Shown here piece by piece: positions 56,417-64,000 of a DNA stretch of 64,000 nucleotides. Positions within the stretch are counted from its first letter, which is position 1. Every line of letters begins with the position of its first letter. The translations under genes were made by a program, and so were the position numbers. The notes under the pieces were generated by a model that saw nothing but the letters and a program-made list of their open reading frames with translations, had not been told where the DNA came from and made no database searches. Where the stretch lies: NCBI GenBank assembly GCA_002269645.1, contig NIVC01001040.1, forward strand, positions 1 through 64,000, read 5' to 3'. This stretch comes from Macrostomum lignano. Taxonomy: Eukaryota.

Positions 56417-58249
56417 TCCCATGAATTTCACCGGCACGGTCGGTGCCTTGAGTTGCTCTTCTGACTGTCGGCCCCCCTATGTGCGCAGGTGAGGCGCCGC
56501 TGCATTGATTAATTCCAAAGGCAGAGGACGTACCTGTGTAATGTATAATTATGCGAGCATTTTTATGCCGTACCTTTCTGAAGGTCGCAATATTGAGATA
56601 CCTTTTACCGCAAGGTAGTTAAATTTGAACGTCAAAAGTGCGCTAAAACACCTTCAAAGATAGATAGAGTATTAAATGTGCTTAGGAAACTTCGAATACG
56701 TTTGTATTATTGTACAAATACTCCGTTTGAGATTGATTATAACCTCCTATTGAGGTCCTGGTCATGTAAACACAATTACATGAAAAATGGAAAATTCTTG
56801 CGAGAGTTTCGTCATTTTAAAAGGAACAAAGGAAAAACCAAATTTAGTATTAAAAATTATAACAAACGATGTGGTCTACTTTTAGTAACGCTCCAAGGAG
56901 CGAGTGCCGTTGAAAAATTGGCTGTTGTTGATTTCCGATTAAACGTACTTTTGACCACTTAATCAGGTAAACTTGACAGAACAGGAATTGAAGTTTCAAA
57001 ATGCGAGAAATTGTCAATAATTTCGTGCTAAAATGATTGTATTTCTCACATAAAGCTTTTCAAGCAACCATGAGCGCCACACCCAAAACATGTTTCTGGC
57101 ATGATCTCCTTCCTGCATGGACCTTTCCTCCTTGACTTCTTTGTCAGAGGAGAAGCGGTGAAGACACCCGTCGTTTCCTGGACGTGGGCGTCGACGTCCA
57201 GGATCAGTTCGCTTTCAGAAAGCGGCGATCTCAGCCTGCGAGACCTGTAAACAGCGGGAGGCCTGCTAGCCCGAGGACGGAGTCCTTTTCATGCTCTGCT
57301 CATCGATCAAATACAAAACCAAATTCAAAATCAAATTCTACTACTCCACGAAGCAAGGGACAACTGGCAACCCCGTGAAATCCACTGCTCCACTGACGGG
57401 TCCAAAATCAACTCCCGCCTCTCGAATTCGGGGGGATAACTTTGGCGACCTTCTCCCAGCGCACCGGCACCTGCTCTGCCGCCTTCCAGAACGAAGTGCT
57501 TTCGGCATCAGCTCCTGCGCCATGAAGCTGGACAATCAGCGAGTCTGGTTAAAGAAGATTACCCTCCGATCCACTCAGACAGTCAATCGGCGATCTAAAC
57601 CCATATACGGAGCACCACCTGCTCGCGCGTAGAGTCCTCATCTGAATTGCGCTACTCAAACGCTCCCGAGACGTCTAAAACTAGGTATCCCTAAAGTGGA
57701 TTCTCGGGTCTTGGATCACCCTGGCACCTAAAGTTTGGCTGATCGTCTGACTTTCTGGCCTTGGCATTCTCCTCCCCTCTCCACATGCCGTTATTGGACT
57801 CAACTGAAGAAACATCGGAACACCTGGGCCCTCTCAGGTTTTGGCGAGACGTGGCTAATTCGCGCATGGAGCATTTTATCTGTGAATTCCCCGTCCAAGG
57901 ACCACTAGAAGTTACCGTGGTAACAGTCGTAAATATTACAAAATTTTTTGAAGGCTCGCTTGTTTACGTGTATTTAGCGGTACTTGTCTTCAAAAAAGGA
58001 TTCTACTCGACTGTTGTAAAGAAGCTTGCACTACATTTAAGCCTCAGAAGCTCCAGAATAGGTGTATTTAAAATTTATTAGGGCTTTAATCTGTTGAATC
58101 TACATATTTAAAGTATTTATGCCATTATATGCAACCTTTGCAACTTGTTTAAAACTTTAAATATGTAGGTTTAAAGTTTTTGAATCTGTACTCTTGGTTC
58201 AAAAACGCTTGAGAAAATTATCAGATGGGCTTCAACTAGTTAGACTTTG

Positions 58250-58645
58250 TCAAGGACAATTGACACAGGCAGAAGCAATCCTGCCAGGTTCTCAAGGACA
58301 ATTGACACAGGCAGAAGCAATCCTGCCATGGTCTCAAGGACAATTGACACAGGCAGAAGCAATCCTGCCATGGTCTCAAGGACAATGGACACAGGCAGAA
58401 GCAATCCTGCCAGGTTCTCAAGCACAATGGACACAGGCAGAAGCAATCCTGTCATGTTCTCAAGGACAATGGACACAGGCAGAAGCAATCCTGTCATATT
58501 CTCAAGGACAATTGACACAGGCAGAAGCAATCCTGCCAGGTTCTCAAGGACAATTGACACAGGCAGAAGCAATCCTGCCAGGTTCTCAAGGACAATTGAC
58601 ACAGGCAGAAGCAATCCTGCCAGGTTCTCAAGGACAATTGACACA
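58250..58645. repeat. 42-bp minisatellite, about 9 copies
   Basis: Unit caaggacaattgacacaggcagaagcaatcctgccaggttct. Confidence 0.95.
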
Positions 58646-58664
58646 GAGCACTACACTCAGACTT

Positions 58665-59020
58665 AGCCAATGAGCAATGCAGTGAAAGTAGGCGGCCTCT
58701 GAATGTGTGCAGCAACTCCAACTGTCTCACTGGCCACAGCAGAGGCAGTCACAGCACTGAGAGGTCCAAGCACCTCCAATCATTGAACAATCGCTACGGC
58801 AATACTCGCACCACTTAGTCCAGCATCTCTCCCGTGAGATGCTGGACACCTGGGCCAGTGATGTCGGAAACGATTGCTCCAGAATCTCTGCTGGGTCCTC
58901 ATTCTGCAGCACTGAGCAGTCAGCAGCCTCTGACTGCACTCTCTTCATCAGAACAGTGCTAATGATTGATATTAGACCTGGCTGATTTTTCTTGATTTCC
59001 AGCTGCCTTGCGATTTCTAG
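58665..59020 (-). pseudogene. Internally deleted hAT transposase relic
   Basis: AAYFHCIAHWLSLSV matches the hAT HCxAHxLNL motif. ARQLEIKKN and AADCSVLQNEDP align with the relic at 59745-60800. Confidence 0.6.
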
Positions 59021-59405
59021 CAGAATGGGCGCCGTCACCAGCAGAATGGGTGCCGTAGCCAGCAGAATGGGCGCCGTCACCAGCAGAATGGGCGCCGTCA
59101 CCAGCAGAATGGGCACAATCACCAGCAGAATGGGCGCCGTCACCAGCAGAATGGGCGCCATCACGAGCAGAATGGGCGCCGTCACCAGCAGAATGGGCGC
59201 CATCACCAGCAGAATGGGCACAATCACCAGCAGACTGGGCGCCGTCACCAGCAGAATGGGCACAATCACCAGCAGACTGGGCGCCGTCACCAGCAGAATG
59301 GGCGCCGTCACCAGCAGAATGGGCGCCATCACAAGCAGAATGGGCGCCATCACCAGCAGAATGGGCGCCATCACCAGCAGAATGGGCGCCATCACCAGCA
59401 GAATG
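59020..59405. repeat. 21-bp minisatellite (gccgtcaccagcagaatgggc); second array at 60836-61180
   Basis: Direct tandem arrays with the same unit. Confidence 0.95.
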
Positions 59406-59744
59406 GGCTGGGCGCCGTCATCAGCAGAGTACAATTTGGGGCTTGTAAAATATTGTATCTCAACGCAGTAGTGGCGTAGCCATGATTTTTTTTTGGGGGG
59501 GGGGCCGCGGCTCTGGGGGGCGCCATTATTCGCGAGAGGGGCGCCATTACCAGGGGCACCAACTTTGTATGACTCTCAAAACTAGCTTGTATTTCCCGAT
59601 AGATCACATTTTTTCTGGTTTAAGGGGTACTCCACCATGGAAGCCACCGAAATTTATTTGATCAGCCTGCACTTTAAGCTCAAATAGTCGACATATCTCG
59701 CATAGAAAACTATACGAGCGAATGTTGGCCGTTCGAATCAGGTG

Positions 59745-60800
59745 CCTCTTACAGGAGCAATTTTAATCGACGAGGCGCCATCAAAGCACTGAGCCACGCA
59801 TCGCGTAAGGTCAAGTCCAATCGCCTCCAACCGACGAAAAATTGCTTCTCACCACTAAGCCGAACATCTTCCCATGAGTCGGTGCTGCCAGTAATTTCAG
59901 ACACAAGCTCTAGCTTTAAGACGGGGTCCTCATTCCGCTGCACAGAGCCGTCAGCGGCGACGGACAGGTTTATGAACTCGCAGGATGATATTCTCTGTCA
60001 GCAGCTTTAAGGCTACATCATCTTCTCTCTCAGCAGCTTCAAGGCTACATCGAGGACTTCATTCTGGATCTGTGGAGAAAGATAAGAAGCATTGGCAGCT
60101 GCTTGACTCACAAGGTTTACAAGATCAGCATCGCCACCTCAAGCTCGGTAACGCAACAGCGCGCGAAAGTTCCCATCGTTCATTTCAGGCTGGCCACCAT
60201 CTAACAGAAGTGGCTGTTTCTCCCTGCGATGACCTCGGAGTGCGATGTTCTGGCGAGCACATGTCAGGATGGAGTCAATATAAATTGGTATTAGACCTGC
60301 ACGATTTCTTCGTGATCTCCTGCTGCCTTGCGGTTATCAGCTGCGATCGGATGTCCTGGTCTTTTTCTCCATTGTGAACGCGTCTTTCAAACTGCTTCAT
60401 TTTATTCATAGTTTGCAATATGGTATGCGCTTTTTTTCATGCAGTGAGAGTACACCGTGTTTCCCTGTTAAATCATCAAACCTTTGCAGAGGCATCGAAA
60501 CAAGTGCACGGGCTTTCTGCCCACAACCGACCACCAACTCCAGTGACCAAGGAAAAAAGAACACAAGATGTACAGCACGCACCTTCTAATCAAGAAATTT
60601 TGCTTACCGACAGTCACGGAAAGCAGCTTTCTTTTACATGAATGCCCTTGAACATGGTGAATAGAAAATAAGTAATTTTTCTAATGAATGGGTCTCCAAG
60701 GCTGCAAAAAATAACTTCGTTCCTCACTTGAAAGGATACGCGATTTCTGCACCGCAAGGCCGATATCTCTCACAGCAGATGCTGAATGACAGCTTGATGA
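59745..60800 (-). pseudogene. Degenerate hAT (ZMYM1/DUF4371-like) transposase
   Basis: Across frameshifts: RFDDLTGKHGVLSLHE, CARQNIALRGH, NDGNFRALLRYR, NASYLSPQIQNEVL, GLDLTRCVAQCFDGAS. Flanked by TIR-like agtggcgtagcca (59470) and tggctacgcccctg (ends 61320), with no matching TSD. Confidence 0.78.
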
Positions 60801-60835
60801 CAAAAGTAAGCATGTAGAAGTAGAACCGCGGCTTG

Positions 60836-61180
60836 GTCACCAGCAGAATGGGCGCCGTCACCAGCAGAATGGGCGCCGTCACCAGCAGAATGGGCGCCAT
60901 CACCAGCAGAATGGGCGCCGTCACCAGCAGAATGGGCGCCGTCACCAGCAGAATGGGCGCCATCACTAGCAGAATGGGCGCCGTCACCAGCAGAATGGGC
61001 GCCGTCACCAGCAGAATGGGCGCCATCACTGGCAGAATGGGCGCCATCACTGTCAGAATGGCCACCATCACTGGCAGAATGGGGGCCGTCACTGGCAGAA
61101 TGGCCGCCATCACTGGCAGAATGGGGGCCGTCACTGGCAGAATGGGGGCCGTCACTGGCAGAATGGCTGCCGTCACTGGC
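60836..61180. repeat. 21-bp minisatellite, same family as 59020-59405
   Basis: Direct tandem array. Confidence 0.95.
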
Positions 61181-63522
61181 ACGATCTTTGTCGATTTGCG
61201 TTTCTCATCTGGCTTATAGTTCTATGGGGCGCCCCCCTCTGCCCCGACCCTTGTGCAAGGCGCTGAGCTTTTGTCAGCCGATTGGGGGGGGGCCCTTGCC
61301 CCCCTCTGGCTACGCCCCTGATAAAACTCCATAGTGCTTTTAGGCATTGTGAAAGTTAAGGTTTATGAAAAGAGCTTGTGAAAGTTTGTGTCTAGCGACA
61401 TTGTGAAAATTTAGGGTTTGTGGAAGCGACCCCTTATATTCATGCTTGGAATTGGTTACTAGTGTCAATCTATTAAATTTGGTAGATAAGGCTAAAGTGG
61501 TACATGACAGTTAAGTATTAACAGTATATATATTGACAATTGTAAGACTCACATTTTAAACTATTTTTACATTCTCTGTATAATATGTAGTTTAATGTAG
61601 TTTACCAGAGCCTAGTCTAGTTGTGGGACGATGAGCCAGTAAGTAGTATAGAAAAAAATGCGAGCGAAGCGAGAATTTTTTTCTATACTGCTTACTTTTG
61701 CGAAATCGTCCCTGATAAGATGTGCAACAGATGTGACACACTAAAAATGACGTTTTTCAACTTTGAAACGCTGCCAATAGAAAACGATACGACCGATTTA
61801 CAAACAGTTTTTGCCAGAATGTGTCAAAGACCTAGCGCTATCGGATGCACAATAGTTGGTTGCCATGGCAATGCGTTTTGGTTGCCATGGCAACCAAAAA
61901 CTGCGTTTTTTCGACATTGTCAAAAAATTTGATCTCAATTACAGCGGCAGGAAATTATGGCAGCGCTTAGTGAGTGTGCTCAATAGACGCGGGCATTTGA
62001 ACGCTACAATGATCCGAAATGGATTTTTTGATTGTACTTTCACTTTACAGGTAAAAGTACAAAAAACGTGTTTTTTGAGGTCGAAAAATTGGCATTTTTT
62101 TCAACTTTGCCTCACCGCAGCGAAAAGGACGCGCGATAGCGCGGCCTTTGAGCTGCCTCCTAGCCTTAAAAACACTTGGGGCTGTTTGATGCGCTATAGT
62201 TTTTTGGGCTAAAATGTACTTTTCACATAGCTGCCTATCTGCACTTTAAAAGTACAAACTTTTAGAACACTTTTGAAAGGCCTATCTCGTCGAGATGGAA
62301 AAGTTTATTTTTTACTTTTTCTATACCAAATCACTCAACAGGATGTCCTCTATTCGGAAATGTTGAGATCGGGCCGATTGGGCCATTAATAACTTGCCCA
62401 GGTGCCAAAGAGTGCCTAAAAACGACGTTTTCGAAAAACTGGGTCACGTTTTTAAAAAGTAGTCCCAAAAAATAAGAAAGCGTTTTAAGCTACGGTGTTG
62501 AGACTTTAACACAACGTGTCAAACATATGGAAATTTGTTTTCTTGAATTTTCTAAGCATTTGGACCTACCTGTGCTGAGCAGTGACCCGGAAACCAGGGA
62601 AAAAAGAAGCCGGGGCTCTGCAGAAAATCAGACGTTGTTAAGGAAAATTTTTTAAAATGGGGCGAATTTTTTCGAGTGTAGTGTCAAATTGTAGCCTATT
62701 GGATGCTCTTTTGAATGACATAAGACACTCATGAAAAAACCCCTGTTAACAGGTACTTTTTACCTGTTAAGTGAAAAACGGCCCATTTGGGGGTACAAAC
62801 TTTGAAGTCGAAAAATAAGAATTTTTGCGCACCGATTTTTCTGCATTTTCAATATTGTTTAGTCGAATAGCTAAAGTTACACCGGTCATACGCCAATATG
62901 GCTGGAAAATTCGTATTTTTGAGAAAATTGGCTCCGAATTTTGAGTAGGCCATTTTTGGGCAAATTTTGAGCATACTTTTGCTAATAACTCTGCATTGGC
63001 GAGACCTAGAGACTCAAGTTTGGTGTCTAAAAACAGCACTATGGATGCATTATGCAGCTAAATCAGTTTTGAAAACTGATTCTTAGGTTAACATGTCTTA
63101 ATACCTGTTTGATTACCTGTCAGAACAGGTGAAAATTCATATTTTGGCGCCTAGCAGCCGAAAAATTTGTTGACATAATTTGAAAATGCATTGGATGAAT
63201 GCGCCTTGATGTTATCTCTGTAACTACATGCGACTCGTATTTTTAGGTAGAAGCGTTGCGATGCAACGAGCAGAAATGTATGAAAAAGCAGCAAAAATGG
63301 TAGAAATGGCTGCTATTAGCGATATTCGATATAAAATACGTGTACTATGGGCCAACTTAGTAAGCAAATTGTGGCTCAGTGGCAGAGTTAGTTTCCATAC
63401 AATTGAGTGCTGCAGGGTTCGATTCCCAAGAGATCCGAAAAATTTTTTAGTTTAAAGTTCTTTTAGAGCAAACAGAATCCAGATTTTTTGTATTTTTATT
63501 TCTCTAACTATTATGTTTTTTA

Positions 63523-63545
63523 TACGAGGGGTGTCCAAAAAGTAG
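63523..63545 (+). mobile_element. Possible left terminus of a Tc1/mariner-type element
   Basis: TA-CGAGGGGTGTCCAAAAAGT resembles mariner TIR starts. No partner TIR or transposase seen in the window. Confidence 0.35.
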
Positions 63546-64000
63546 TGATACTTTTAACCGTAGCTCTCGTTATATAGCTTCCTGTGATTTAAAATTTTAT
63601 GAACTGATAGCGGCAAATCTCTTCTACAGACTGCTTTTTGAATTTTTAAAATTGATACCAGAGAACAAAAGTTATACCCACAAAAGTAACAGTACCTGTA
63701 CCATAGAGTTACACAGATTATATCAAAATTTATGATAGTCGACTTCTGCACTTATTCATTAAGAAGGCATCGATAAATGTCTTGTTTAAGCAATACCAAA
63801 GCCCAATTGCAAAATTATGCTCACTGCGACTGACTGAAATTTGTCTATGGACAGAATCATGCGCAGAAAAATAAAGCATTAAATTCATTACTTTACTTGC
63901 AAACAGAGGAGCTTGCATTTTGCAATTGATTTCATTGCCCATACTCGATAACACACATGGATGTGCACTCAGTTGTTGCTCAGCAAAGTACTATCTTCAC

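Noticed and set aside
57050-57700. Protein-like minus-strand segments (SRRLRSPLSESELILDVDAHV...)
   Set aside because: No recognisable domain or consistent splice chain; too weak to call.
58194-59471. Repetitive ORFs QGQLTQAEAILPGS and APILLVT / SRMGAVT
   Set aside because: Open on both strands because of 42-bp and 21-bp units. Only the embedded transposase remnants are supported.
61620-63450. Possible DNA transposon with the short palindrome ggttgccatggcaacc
   Set aside because: No termini, TSD or coding remnant could be defined by eye.

Overview
Eukaryotic (animal, invertebrate-like) genomic DNA with spliceosomal introns, many transposons and about 20 minisatellites. The gene content and very short introns are reminiscent of a free-living flatworm such as Macrostomum, which is an inference only. 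Ankyrin-repeat genes dominate. Three are fused to different effector modules: a cGAS/Mab-21-like nucleotidyltransferase (frameshifted), a MAP3K/STE-like kinase whose 70-aa ankyrin di-repeats vary almost only at DARPin-type binding positions, and a TRPM-like channel pore. There is also a duplicated short ankyrin gene, a disrupted neprilysin-like (M13) gene and a PTB-domain gene. Mobile DNA includes a Gmr1-type gypsy element (integrase before RT), an intact young Mag-like gypsy element and a 3,040-bp Polinton/Maverick deletion derivative that kept putative virion membrane/core genes. It also includes a 5'-inverted RTE-like LINE, a foldback MITE family with a 34-bp (17+17) P-element-like footprint, hAT MITEs and transposase relics, and a CORE-like SINE. 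No rRNA, bona fide tRNA gene or CRISPR array was seen. All alignments were done by eye and no database searches were run.
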